A stretch of 64,000 bases of DNA from Basidiobolus meristosporus CBS 931.73 (lineage: Eukaryota; Fungi; Basidiobolomycota). The notes under the pieces were generated by a model. That model was given only the letters and a program-made list of their open reading frames with translations. It did not search any database and was not told the origin of the DNA. The stretch lies in the NCBI GenBank assembly GCA_002104905.1, contig MCFE01000040.1, forward strand, positions 124,001 through 188,000. The letters run 5' to 3'. Made by a program: the position numbers and the translations under genes. This document shows positions 38,167-50,931 of the stretch, in pieces. Position 1 is the first letter of the stretch. Each line of letters starts with the position of its first letter.

Positions 38167-40410
38167 ATGAGCCACATGAACTGTTTTATTTCGGCTCCAT
38201 CGAGTACGAGCAGAAGGGTATCAACATACTTCGCCCGAGCCGCCAATTTCAATGCTACCCGGCACTTCCGTCAATATTCTACCAACAACTCGAAAAGTAA
38301 TATTCTATGACCATATCATACACTCCATTATATTTACAGTTATGCTGGCTTATTAGGCCGTTTCGTATTTTCAAGAGCTTCCGACGCCGATACCAAGAAT
38401 AATTTCGAGAGTAAATTCCAGACAGCTCAAGCGGCCCTTAAAGAAACATTGAAAAAGGATGAGGGCTCGACGAGAACGGCAAAGCCGGGGAGTAAGCGGT
38501 TACCCAATTTGATAATAGGTTTACTGTAAAATATTCAATATGTTACAAGTAGGCAAAGCAGCACACACGAGAAAGCAAGCCCCTGTTGTTTATCTAGAAA
38601 AACCATATTTTCGACACTTACTCACTTCAACTTCGTCGGGCTCTTCTCGTAGCTCTTCAGGTGGAACTCCTTTCAATTTTGCTCAACACGAAATGTATTC
38701 TCAATTTGAAACTGCCGGTTCAGGGTACGAAAGTATCAACGAAACTGGGGACGCTAGCGATCAAATTTTGAACTCGACGCTAGCAAGTCCAAAAGCGGTA
38801 TGAAGCCTCTGAACATTTTGATCTTCATTTTACTAATTTCGATGATAGATCACCAAGCATTTGGATGAATATGTTATCGGTCAAGAGAGGGCAAAAAAAA
38901 CCCTTTCCGTCGCAGTGTTCAATCACTACAATCGAGTCCAAGCTAACGTACAGCAACAGATACAAGATTCCCACCGGTTTGTAGTCGAGGGAGAAGGTTT
39001 GTATTGATTTTGGTGCATTTTCGGGACATATGTAATGTGGGTATTGATTCTTGTGATGCCATGGCATGTAGGGTATTCTACCCAACCCAATAGCGCGCAA
39101 TTCTGGGTCAACCCTAGTACGAATAGCACCGATTTTTCCAGAATCATTCAGGATACTGAAACCAAGGGATTCGAAGGAAAAGGGCTTCCTACTTTTGACA
39201 AAAGCAACGTTCTTCTCCTGGGCCCTACCGGCTCTGGTATGCATCTTAATGTTAAGAATTAACGGTCTATTGTACCATGCTGATCTTTTCCATGCAGGAA
39301 AAACATTGCTTGTGCGCACGCTGGCTAAGGTCCTGAAAGTCCCATTCTCGATGTCGGACGCAACCCCATTTACACAGGCTGGTTATGTGGGCGAGGATGT
39401 TGAGTTAGTGATCCACCGTTTACTACAGGTAACTAGGGTAACAACAGATGCAAGAGATTAATTGGCTAAAGCATCCGTTGTAATCCCAGAACTGCAATTT
39501 CGACGTCAAGAAAGCGGAGCAAGGAATAGTATTCATTGATGAGATCGACAAAATTGCCAAGAAAACGGGTACGATGTCCATGTCTAAAGATGTTTCCGGA
39601 GAAGGTGTCCAGCAAGCCCTACTGCGTATGCTTGAAGGAACAGTGGTCAATGTAACGGACAAATCTGGCGGGGCGAATGGAAACAAAAATCGGTTCGGAA
39701 TTGGAATGCCTGGAGCCGGCAACAAAGGCGAAGTGTATTCGGTAGATACCAGCAATATACTCTTTATCCTCAGTGGTGCTTTCATTGGACTTGACAAGAT
39801 CGTCATCGATCGTGTTGCCAAGGGATCTATAGGATTCGATGCGATTATCCGCGGGGCTGACACTAACACCCCGCCTTCTCTTGACCAAGCCATGATGCCT
39901 CACTCGTCAAAACACCATATCTTGGATATGGTCGATCCAGTAGATCTAATCAAATTTGGACTAATACCAGAGTTTGTTGGAAGACTTCCAGTGATTGCCA
40001 ATGTAAACCAACTTGATGAGGCCTCTTTAGTGCGCGTCTTGACCGAGCCCAAAAACTCCCTTATCAAGCAATATGAAGCTTTGTTCCAACTGAACGATGT
40101 TACGTTGAGGTTCACTACCTCAGCGTTGTACGAAATCGCTAGACAAGCCATAAAAAAGCAAACTGGTGCTCGCGGGCTTCGTCGCATCATGGAGACTCTA
40201 TTGCTGGATCCCATGTACGATACACCCAAATCCTCCGTTAAGCATGTAGTGGTGGATAGTGACTCTGTACTGTACAAGCGAGGCCCATTATACTTCACCC
40301 ATGAGCAACAGAGCGAAGTAGAGAGAGCGCTTGAGCAAGATGACAAGACGTCGTATAATACGCTAACTCATGAAGACGGAAAGCTCGAGCAAAGCATCGC
40401 ATTTTCTTGA
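38167..40410 (+). CDS. CLPX: Mitochondrial ClpX AAA+ chaperone (Mcx1-like), multi-exon
   Basis: [14 protein letters not shown]; [15 protein letters not shown] (intron-split Walker A); [11 protein letters not shown]; IDEIDKI; [17 protein letters not shown]; GLIPEFVGR; TGARGLR. Confidence 0.95.
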
Positions 40411-41294
40411 GCCCAGTCGGGTAAGTTGATATCGTAATGCATTGATGTTCTTCGACATCCTGGACCAACCAGCAAACCCACTCGGCCCTCCATCATTTTA
40501 GCATTTATACATATAAAAATCATGTCGGCAATTCTAGTAAATAGTTCCCCCTTCCGCAATTCCCAGATCTCGCATTTTCAACACTGGTTCGTTTTCTGTA
40601 CAATAAAATTGGTAAAATGAATCGTGCAATCAGCCTCGTTATGGTGGCTTTGATCTGATTGTAATGAAGGCGAATCGCCTGTATTGTCGATGCTCACGTG
40701 CGATTACGAATGAGGTACTCCACATGACGCATCATCAAGGTATCAGGTTCCACATCCGCATTCGCATCAGCACATTGGGCAATACGAGTGAGGCCCTTGC
40801 AGGCTATGAAAAGCAACCCGAAAAAGATCGGGCAGTTTGGGCCATGTGCGGCATTTCTATGAAACTGAGCTGTTGGGTGCATTGGGGCTCGGGCTTCGAA
40901 CCGCCGGTATTTGTCTGAGAGGTCTTGTGTGATAAAAGTGTTCATCAGAAGAATTGGCTCAAGATATTCAAATCTGGCCATGGAGGGAAGGAGGCAGAGG
41001 CCGAGGTATTTCATGGATGTTTTAGGTAATTGCCCCATCGGCGTTAGAATTGCTCTCCGTCGGATTTAAACGAGTGTTCGTGAGGTTATATATGTTTTGC
41101 ATGTACCTATAATCTAAATAAAATATGGAACTTCATGAATAATGCCAGACCACACACGGCAAATCTGATTTTCCCACCAATCTATAAATCCCACCTTTCC
41201 ATATCTATTAAGGGTCCTGAAGCAAACGTTTTAGGCCTACGTTCTGCGCACAAACTCTTTCCTCTGTATAATTATCAAGCATCCGTTCGAAACA

Positions 41295-42266
41295 ATGACC
41301 TTTGATTCCATCGATGACTCGAACTCGTCCGTGTTGTCAACCTCCACTTTAGCCACCCCGCCCGAATTTTCTAACGAGCCTTACTCCTCGGTATATTTCT
41401 CAAAAGGATTTGCTTTGAACTCACGACCAAATGCCCCTCTTGCAGAGGAGCCTCTCCAGGTCGAATGCCAAGCCAGAACTCGTGTTCCAACCCCTTACGG
41501 AGAGTTTTTCCTTCACCTATACAAGAATAACCACGATTCAAAGGAGCATTTAGCTATAGTTTTCGGGGACGACATACGAAGCACTACTTTGGATGCTGTT
41601 CAAGAGGGAGAAACCGAAATGGATAGAATCGTGCGTGGTGCCTATCACGGCCGTTTGAATCCTAACAAGACCAATAAGATGCAGCCACAGAAACCCGCCT
41701 CTTCACTTCTGCCACCTCTCATCCGGATTCATTCCGAATGCTTTACGGGAGAGACGGTTCATTCTGTTCGCTGCGACTGTGGTGATCAGCTCGATGCAGC
41801 GATGCACATGATGCATCTCGAGGGCCGCGGGGTTGTAGTTTACCTTCGCCAAGAAGGGCGCGGTATCGGCTTACTGGAAAAGATCAAAGCGTACAATCTA
41901 CAGGATCTGGGATATGACACCGTTTCGGCAAACGTTGCACTTTCGCACCCGCCAGATCTTCGAAAATACGACGTTGCATGCGAAATCCTCAAAGATCTGG
42001 GTGTCCCAACCATCAGATTGCTTACCAACAATCCAGATAAGATTGAGCAGCTTGAGGAAGGTGGGTTAAAGGTAGTGGAGAGAGTACCAATGATCCCCAA
42101 AGAGTGGTCCCAAGAGGAGCACACTTTTGTGGTGCATAAACATAGACAACAGGATGGCTACACGGAGGTGAACACTTACTTGAAAACCAAAGTCGAACGC
42201 ATGAGACACTTGATAGATATCCCAGCTAAGGAGACATTCACCACGAATGAGACCTCAGAAGACTAG
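41295..42266 (+). CDS. RIB1: GTP cyclohydrolase II (riboflavin biosynthesis)
   Basis: LIRIHSECFTGETVHSVRCDCGDQL; YLRQEGRGIGLLEKIKAYNLQDLGYDTVSAN; LLTNNPDK; YLKTKVERMRH; single exon. Confidence 0.97.
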   Translation: MTFDSIDDSNSSVLSTSTLATPPEFSNEPYSSVYFSKGFALNSRPNAPLAEEPLQVECQARTRVPTPYGEFFLHLYKNNHDSKEHLAIVFGDDIRSTTLDAVQEGETEMDRIVRGAYHGRLNPNKTNKMQPQKPASSLLPPLIRIHSECFTGETVHSVRCDCGDQLDAAMHMMHLEGRGVVVYLRQEGRGIGLLEKIKAYNLQDLGYDTVSANVALSHPPDLRKYDVACEILKDLGVPTIRLLTNNPDKIEQLEEGGLKVVERVPMIPKEWSQEEHTFVVHKHRQQDGYTEVNTYLKTKVERMRHLIDIPAKETFTTNETSED

Positions 42267-43219
42267 GGAGAACATGAATCTAGCCCAGAAGCTTTCCAAA
42301 CTTTCCTACAGCCGTTGAGCATTTTACAACATAGAAAACGTTCGCTGTATTCTTGCATTCTCTCTACCTTGGAAGCGTGTCCTTCACTACCGTCATTTAT
42401 TACTGCTTTACAAGTCCTGCATCACAACAGTGGATTCGATTCATACGATTGTTTATGCTTTAATGGGTCCTTACGTTCCCAATTGTGAAATTTTAAATCA
42501 TCAGCCACCGTCAATGAAAATTCTTCCTGTTTTTTTACACTACGAGGAATCGAATGTGCTAGTTTGGTTGATGTGACAGGTATTTTTGGACACAGAAGTG
42601 CTCATGAATATCCCATGTGCCAAGATCCTAAATTCATACATGACCTGTGTGTAAAGACAAGCATATCACATTAATGTTATTCTCGCAGTCGAGGATTACT
42701 CTTGTTCCTCTGTCTGCTAACCTGGACATGGTGTAATTTGCTTGTGCCAATGCTAGGACGCTGGCAGAGTGTCCCTGATCTCGCCGTCACTTTACCAAAT
42801 CAGTCTAATCTATTAGCTCGAGGTGTCACAAACGTAGTGAAATTGAAACGCTCCGCAGCCTGCGGAGGAAATTTAGAATAGCATCCTACAAATGGCATTC
42901 GTTATGTCTCCACTCGCATTATAGAGACCAGTGGATTGGGCAAGCTTGTAATGGAACCCTAATTGTTCCAAAGATTATATGTACGTAGTATCGATGTTTT
43001 CGTGGTTTACAGAAGATATTTATTCAGAATAGAAGTTCAGCTCTAGCAGGAGTGTTAATCATTTGTGCTTCACGTCGGTGTTAACACACAAGTTACCACG
43101 AAAATCCGCAGCTTAGTTCTTGGGGAGGGCTCAAGGCGATGTGACAGTTCATCTTTCACTTGGTTAACTGGCGGCAGATAATATGGGTGATGGATTAGGC
43201 CAAAGACACGGGGGGTATC

Positions 43220-44908
43220 TTAGTGCTGCGCCCATTCGATTGATTTGATATCTATTCCTTCTTGAACCATTTCCCAAAGTGGGCTCAGTTCACGTAAATT
43301 ATGAACGTGTCGTTGAACACATTGAATCACATAATCTATCTCTGCTTCAGTGGTATAGCGACCGATGCCAAAACGGATGCTACTATGGGCCATGGCATCG
43401 TCAGCGCCCAGAGCGCGCAAAACGTACGATGGTTCTAGGGAAGCAGAGGTGCATGCGCTTCCAGATGAGAGTGCTATATCCTTTAGGGCCATCAGCAACG
43501 ACTCGCCCTCAACGTAGGCAAACGAAAGATTAACGCATCCTGGATAGTTATGTACGGGATCACCGTTTCTAACCACATCTGTGACGTTGGAGCAAATCCC
43601 CTTAATCAACCGCTCTGACAGCATTTTAATACGTCTGGAGTCATACTATGACGAAGGAAAAGTAATTAGACCGTATGAAAAGAAATGATTGGCATCAAAA
43701 TACTTTCAAAGCCCTCAGCCGTCACGCACATAAAAGTACGGTGACAAAGCAGGTTTACTTACATCCATATCTTCCTTGGCGATCCTGCACGCTTCTCCCA
43801 TTCCAACAACCAAGGGTGTGGGCAAGGTTCCGCTTCGAAGACCTCTCTCCTGACCACCACCCGACTGGATTGGTTCCAATCGGACTCTTGGTCTCCTGCG
43901 GACGTACAAGGCTCCAACACCTTTGGGGCCGTATACTTTATGACCGGAGATGGACATCAAGTCAATGTTCATATCATTAACATCAAGAGGGATCTTGCCT
44001 ACAGCTTGGGCAGCGTCGGTATGGAAAAATATCTTGTTTTCGCGACAGATTTTCCCGATTTCGGCGATGGGCTGAAGTACGCCGATCTCATTGTTCACAG
44101 CCATTACGGAGACGATGGAGGTGTCTGGTCTGATGGCAGATTTCAGGTCATCAAGGCTAATCATGCCATTACTCTGGACAGGCAGATACGTAACATCAAA
44201 TCCTTCCGAGTGAAGCGCTCGGCACGAGTCGAGAATGCATTTGTGTTCCTGCACAAATCAGTAGCACGGTCGTTTAAGAAAAAGAAGCGGTGCGAGAACT
44301 TTTCAAAGGAAGCTCATACGTACGGTCTGTGTGGTGATGATGTGGTTCTTTTTTCCTTTGTGGAATCTAGCGACGCCTTTGAGACTGATATTGTTTGATT
44401 CGGTGGCACCAGAGGTGAAGATGATTTCTTTGGCATCAGCTCCTATCAACTCGGCCACTTGCTATAGGTTGGGGATCAATACGTTGTTCAAACTTGAAGA
44501 TGAATTAGACACCCACTTTTCTAGCAATTTCAACAGCATCCTCGGTTTCCCATCCATATTTATGTGTTCTGGAATGTGGATTGCCGTAGTGTACGGTCAG
44601 AAAAGGTAGCATGGCATCTAACACGCGAGGGTCAGTTGGACTGGTGGCCTGCATGTCCAAGTAGATGGGGCGACCTACAGGGGCAGCTGCGGAATCTCTG
44701 GATGTGATGGTACCTACTATACTGAAGGCTCAGTAAAAATTAAAAGCCTGACGCTTTTGCTGCCCATACCGGAGGGGTTTTCGGGAAAGATGGTCTGGTT
44801 AGATGTCGCAAGGGCTCTTCTCCCCAGCATCGCCGCGGTAGTCATACGGCCAACGAAGCGGGATGTCCTCAGCATTGAGAAGGAGGAACTAGCAAGATTT
44901 CTTAGCAT
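43220..44908 (-). CDS. NFS1: Mitochondrial cysteine desulfurase, multi-exon
   Basis: [40 protein letters not shown]-lysine motif [32 protein letters not shown]-terminal SIEWAQH. Confidence 0.98.
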
Positions 44909-47113
44909 TGTTGGTGGTTGATATTTGCGGATTGGAGAAATAACAGGAATATATGCTGGATAATTTACAATGGCAATAGGTATGATGCAGTTACAACGCC
45001 GGACGCGACTTCTATTTATCAAATGGGGACAGCCACGGTAGAGAGCATTAGTACCAGAATATCTTGGATTACAAAATGAAATCCAAAATAGCCTTCATCT
45101 GATTAGTGATTATGCGCGAGATTGAGGCGACAAAAAGGGATGCCCACCATATCTGATGGCCAACTGAGCAGCTACTGGGCGGGTTAGATGCGGCCATTCG
45201 GTGCATATCCGTATTAGCTGGCAACATCAAGACAAAATCATTCATGATTATTCAGCTCTAATGTACAAATTGCGCTATGGCAGAAATTCCACGATCGAAT
45301 CTCCAACCCATAATATCTTGATCGGCCATATACGGTATTGTTGGGAAGTGTGAAGACTGGCCATCGTTCAATGATCTTTCCATAACTACGGATCATCCGT
45401 ACACCTACATTTTCCAAAAGATCATTGCCCATAGGCCATTAACGGATGCTTTGTAATGAGCCAGGTGGCCCTTCAATGAATCCCAGGTTTGGGTCGATCG
45501 AGCAGGATTAACACTCACCATAACCAGTATTACGTTAGGTGCTGTCAATCAGGCAATGGTTCGAGATACAAAATCGGAAAATTTCCATTTCTGAAACCCC
45601 TTATACTTCTCTATATTGGGCGATTACGTTGTTGCGAAAACGGCCATGTTGATACCGCACTCGCGCCCGAATCAATTGCATGTTGGGAAATACAGCTTTA
45701 ATTATTGCACATCATAATACCATTTTGATGGTGATATACACAATACCGGATATTGAGTTTGTTCTCCGTGATCCGTACAGGAGCTCGAACCACAAGTTAT
45801 AGGATTGCACACCCGTAATATCGAACTCGGCGTTGTGTCACGACTTGTTGAGTATCAACATCATTCATTGCAGCCAAGATGTACGTGGTGTTTGTCTGGA
45901 TATCCTGAGAAGCGAGGGTTTGTTCGGCCCTGATATGATTCACTGGGATGGTTGACGACATCGATAGCAGAGCTGAATCCGTGGTTGCTTTTCCACTGGA
46001 TGCCCCCATGATTGAACTGTCCTCGGGGCGGGTGGGTAAAGAATACGTACTCGGTAGCAACATGGAAACCACGCTGAAGCAAGTAGAGATGTCTGTGGGA
46101 AATTTCATTGTTTGGATGAAGGATTATCTTTCCGCGATGTACAGCCATCTTTAAATGTTTCCAGAGTGCTCCTTATATTCGGCAGCACCTCAGCTGTTGA
46201 ACCTCGCACTGCACGGAATCTGAAAACATGTAGAGCCATTCGATGAATCCCTTACAGGCAAAGTCAGTTCCTTGTTACTACACTATACAATAATACTCGG
46301 ACTCACCACGGCTCATGCCAAGTAAACAACCAGCCAAGAGCTTTGTTTTCGTTGAATAGTTGAACGAGCCATGGGCACCACTTGCAAAGTGCTGTGCCAT
46401 TCAAAACCGTATTTGTACTGGATGGTTGTTTCGATATATTAGGAATCTCGACATCGGTATGCGATTTCCTCAAACGAACATCAATAGGGAGATAGATTGA
46501 GGATGTGGCTACTGGAAATATTCAAGTACGGCTCATAAACAACGGGGGGCTGAATGTGATCTTGGCTTGAGACATAGCGAGAGTGTTTGGTAAGGTGCCA
46601 GAGTGGAAACCTGCCCGACGAACACTGGTGAGTGGAAATCAGAGGACTGCACTCATTGTCGCACAGTGGAGGATAGAATGCTCCGAGAGTAGTTATTTTG
46701 GGATTCGTCCTCATTAAAGGCGACTTGGATATACGTTGATAAACACTCTTGCTCCCACCACAGTGTATGCATGGAGATATATAATTTATCTCCATCACTA
46801 CCAGTACGGGATTGCTGGATCCCTTTTACTCAATAGCTAGATAAGTCATTGTCGCTGTGCCTATGTAGGTTAGTTAGACTGTGCTGCAGGCATGACACAC
46901 ATGATGCCAGTCTTGTTGACTGATGTGAGACATTTGTTTTGATCCTTCATATGTAGCAAAAGCATTGTTGCATCATTTGTAATCGGGCTATTGCCTACCA
47001 AACTATATTTTCCTGCGATGTCAGCGGCAACATTGGAGTACAGGAGGATTCATCTCTAATGATTTAAATACGTCGAGTCCCCACACAAGGAGAAAGTCCG
47101 TTCGCAGCAAGAG

Positions 47114-47524
47114 ATGGCCTCAGAGAACAACAGCACCATTGTCAACGACCGGTAGGCGAAAATGCTCTTGGGTTTGCAAAAAGCTCCTTGCTAACTTCTC
47201 TTTAGCTCTGAAGTTGAGGAGCTCGACCAGCTTCTCGAAGAGCTCTCGGTCGAAGATTCCGATGTTTGGAGTAGTTTATTGCTACCTCAATATGAGTCAA
47301 TATATGATGAGGAGCCTGAGCACGAGCCGGAAACCATCAGTGACTTCAAATTCGATTTGCTGCTCGAAAGGGTTATGAGAAGTGACCCGCAGGATGAATT
47401 GGATCGTTGGATAGAAACACCTGATCCGGATGTACCCCATGTTGACTTTGATGAACTATTGGATGTAATCCTATCAGGAAGCGAAGAACAAGTGGAAAGG
47501 TGCATACAAGCAGTCGATAGGTAA
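47114..47524 (+). CDS. Small acidic hypothetical protein (~119 aa, 2 exons)
   Basis: ATG 47114; intron 47152-47205 (GTAGGC...CTAAC...TTTAG) joins in frame to SEVEELDQLLEELSVED...DELDRWIETPDPD...; no family recognised. Confidence 0.7.
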
Positions 47525-48109
47525 ATCTTCATGTCCATCATCCCATTTGGGTGGCTAATCCAACCCGTTCCGCAGATCTCGAGATTGGATCCGGCGCAAG
47601 AATAATGCTAGACATCACTAGCTTCGAAGCGTATCCGTACCCACCAGTCAATTTAAAAAAGCTGTAATAATACCGTGGCAAGATTGCAAGAGAACAGTCT
47701 GAACATCGTGGTTGGGGTGGCACTATGGCGAGGAACTTGGTATACTATAGGCCCGTAAAAGTGTGTCCATGGAAATCTCTGTTTCTCTCAATAAATATCT
47801 ATGGACAAGTGTTCCGAGCTGATGATTGCCATGTACGCTAACGAATGAGGGAATGCCATCTGTAGGTTAGAGATCGACAGCTGTTTTCATTTACATTTCT
47901 ATAATTAAAGCGAACATTGTATGGGTTTGGGTGGTAGGGTAGAGGTATAAACGTGGTTGAGGAATCACATCTAATTATCTACATGGCAAGTTTTGGGCTT
48001 CGTCTAAGCTGCCAGAGCAGGGTGTTCCAAAAAGTTGGCCGCATGGCTAAGTCAACTATCGAAATCACCCACTCACACTAATGGAAAAGGATGAGATATC
48101 GTGGCTAGT

Positions 48110-49776
48110 CTATTTGACTGAGGCGATCAGCATGTCTCCGTCCTCGATCTCTGTATCTTGAATTAGATCGTCGGGATCTAGCGCTTCGTCATCAAAGAGA
48201 ATACGGACTGAAGTGTTTGGCGCCAACTGCTTCAGCTTGATGTACTGTTGAATGATCGCTCTGATTGATGTCGTCTGAGCATGGAAAGCAATTGAAATTT
48301 AGAATCACCTGCGACTTGAAATCCATGCAAAGGGGCATACCGGTTTGACTTTCATCCTCTCTGTCGAGCCATCTTTGGACCGGAGTTTGATATGAATAGT
48401 CTCTTCTGAATCCGGCTGCCGCGTAGGCTTCTGGGAAGCTTGGTTCGGCATGGGAGCCGCCACATCCTCGTCTACTTCATCATCAAATTGTTGTCGCTCC
48501 TGAGCCTTCAGTGTTTGAAGATGATTGTATAGATCCCTTGTGCACGCCTCTAGATTGCCGCAAATTTGTCAAGGAACAGCATTACTCGATGAACATTTCA
48601 AAGCCCTACCGATTTCACCGGATGCATAAATGCCCAAGCTCATAGGGGTGGCACGCGGGAAAACACGCACGCCCTCGTAGGTCATGACCAACGAGTCTAA
48701 CGGGATGTTTTTCGTTTTGCTGAACAGCGACATCAACCTTTCAAAGGTGTCGTTCTGAGGTGGCGAGGTTAACAACGCTGGCAAGCAGAGAGAAGATGGT
48801 CAATACAAAGAACGACTTACGCATCTCAAGATAAATTTGATTGGCGCGTGAAGTTTTTTATGCCTCGATGAGTCAATTGTGGTAGGCGCTCTGTCATCCA
48901 CTAGCGTCTTCACAATTATCTCGACCTTGGCGACGTAGTCACTCTTGGTAGGGATCTGTGCACGATCTCGTGTCTGCTGCGCTAGTGACATCAGCTCTGG
49001 GTCCAGCTCCGAATCCAATATTTCTGTAGATGTCAAAGGTTCATCGATTGAGGTGATGAGCGCTTCTTTCAGGTACGATAAGTCGCTGTCCTGCGTTTGT
49101 CTAGATGTTTGTGAGCTTTCTATTGCCAGCTATCCATAGCTTGGTGAGTTGCGATAGTTTACCTTCTCTTCGAAGCTGGCTGAACTACCTCGGGTGGTGG
49201 CGTCAACGATAGCTCCCGATCAAATTCCTCAACACTACTGTAAAGACACGTATATATATTCGTCAATAATAAACCAGCTTGGTGAACAAACATCCTCCCG
49301 TACCAGCGTTTTTTAACCTCGACATCACTATTGACAAAGGAAACTTCCTCATCAGAATCTGCTATCAACAGAGGCGCTGGTTTAATTTCTGGCTCGGGCG
49401 ATTCGTAGTTAGCACGCTCTAGAGGATCTTTTCCCTTGTTTTTTTCTTCCTCCTCCTCTTCTAATACGATCGAGGAATCTAAAAAAGCCAAAACATTTCG
49501 TTGGTGTCAGGGGGAACACGGGGTGGCCGATTCACAAACTCACTAACTTCGAAAAGTGAACGCTCGACAGAAAAAATCGTCATCTTGAGTGGACTTCGTT
49601 GAGACGGATGAATTTTCGCTTTCTTGGCTTATCTGAAGACTAGACTGGGAGGAAGTGTTAGATTCCGTATGTAGGCTGCTGCTGGCTCTAACGAGAACGG
49701 GCTTGATAACACGTCTAGGTTTGGGCTGTGAGCGTCTTGCTTTGACGGGGGTAGCATCCGAATCAGAATCGCTCAT
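48110..49776 (-). CDS. Rad60/Esc2/NIP45-like SUMO-like-domain protein, multi-exon
   Basis: Ser/acidic N-terminus; SLD-like LVMTYEGVRVFPRATPMSLGI; C-terminal IHIKLRSKD...VRILFDDEALDPDDLIQDTEIEDGDMLIASVK*. Confidence 0.8.
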
Positions 49777-50931
49777 ATTTCGGCTTCTTTAATGTATGAG
49801 AAATCAAGCTGTCTACCTTGTAAGCGATGTCCTAGGTGGATTTATCAAGGAAGTGCTCACTTCGAAATCAAATTCAATCAGTAGGATTCAAATGGAGAAA
49901 GAAAAAGCCTTGTTTGTCCTTACTTTTCTAGGAAATGGATCTTCGTTTTCCGATATACCAATTACGTTACATAGTGGTTTGATGTTAATTAATATGGATC
50001 GTACATTATAAAAAGATTCAGCAATCCATTCATATTGTACCGAAATCGAATGTTCCAATAAGGTAAGTTATGAATCAACGCACTGGCTAAACCAAGCACA
50101 CAAACTTGTTTAATTTTGGATCATGATGCAAGAAAATGGGTGCTAAGACTAACCACGCAGGATCTATCGTGTACAACATTCTTTGCAAATCGATAATATC
50201 TATGGTGAAGTACTTGATTCCAACATTGCTCATCTAGCAAACGGATATTCTCAAGGGTTCCATGAAACAACCTATGGTTCTAGTTGTGGACCGATATGGC
50301 TCTTGGAGGAATGAGGTAGATTCCTGTGGATTAGAACCGCCATGAGCCTTGGTTCCACGGATTCTTTGACACCATGACAACCATGCCAATGCTACGAACA
50401 AAGGACACATTTCTCTCATAAGAAAAGAGCCAATAAGTGCGGTTCTTGTCTTGCAGTCGCGCAAAGACACTTAACTCTCGGCCAATTTCATAACCACACT
50501 GGTTACTCACCTGCTGCCCCTCTGATTAGGCCACTAATTTTAAATGCAATGTATGACAACGAACAGCATGGGTGCTGGCTAGTTGACGATAGTCAACCCT
50601 CACAAACCAAAGTACTTAAACCCCACTTGTGGTGTATGACACTTGCATGCTATAGGATTCATTCTCCCCACCCCTCAAGTCATCTTCAAGTCCTGAATTA
50701 CATATTTCCATGGCCAACATCCACTGCTTTTGGGTCGTAAATAGTTGTTCGCAGCGTATTTTATTAGGCTTTATGTAGTGGTCATTCATATGAATGGCAA
50801 AATCCCATTAAATAGTAAAATCAACAACTTCAGCTGACGTTTCACTTACAAGCAATCCTCATCCAGGTTTGAAGAGCAAACACAAACGGGGAGCGACTAG
50901 CAACATGCAATCGCATTGAAATGGAATACGT

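Noticed and set aside
40694-41038. 114-aa minus-strand ORF between CLPX and RIB1
   Set aside because: No recognisable motif or splice support; compatible with a chance ORF in a promoter/terminator region.
42850-42868. Hairpin CTCCGCA-GCC-TGCGGAG between convergent RIB1 and NFS1
   Set aside because: A single 7-bp stem is expected by chance in 64 kb, and there is no supporting context.
38167-44908. Apparent mitochondrial/cofactor cluster (CLPX, RIB1, NFS1; also GCDH, MRPL28)
   Set aside because: The genes belong to different pathways, have mixed orientation and share no visible motif; such genes are common enough to neighbour by chance.
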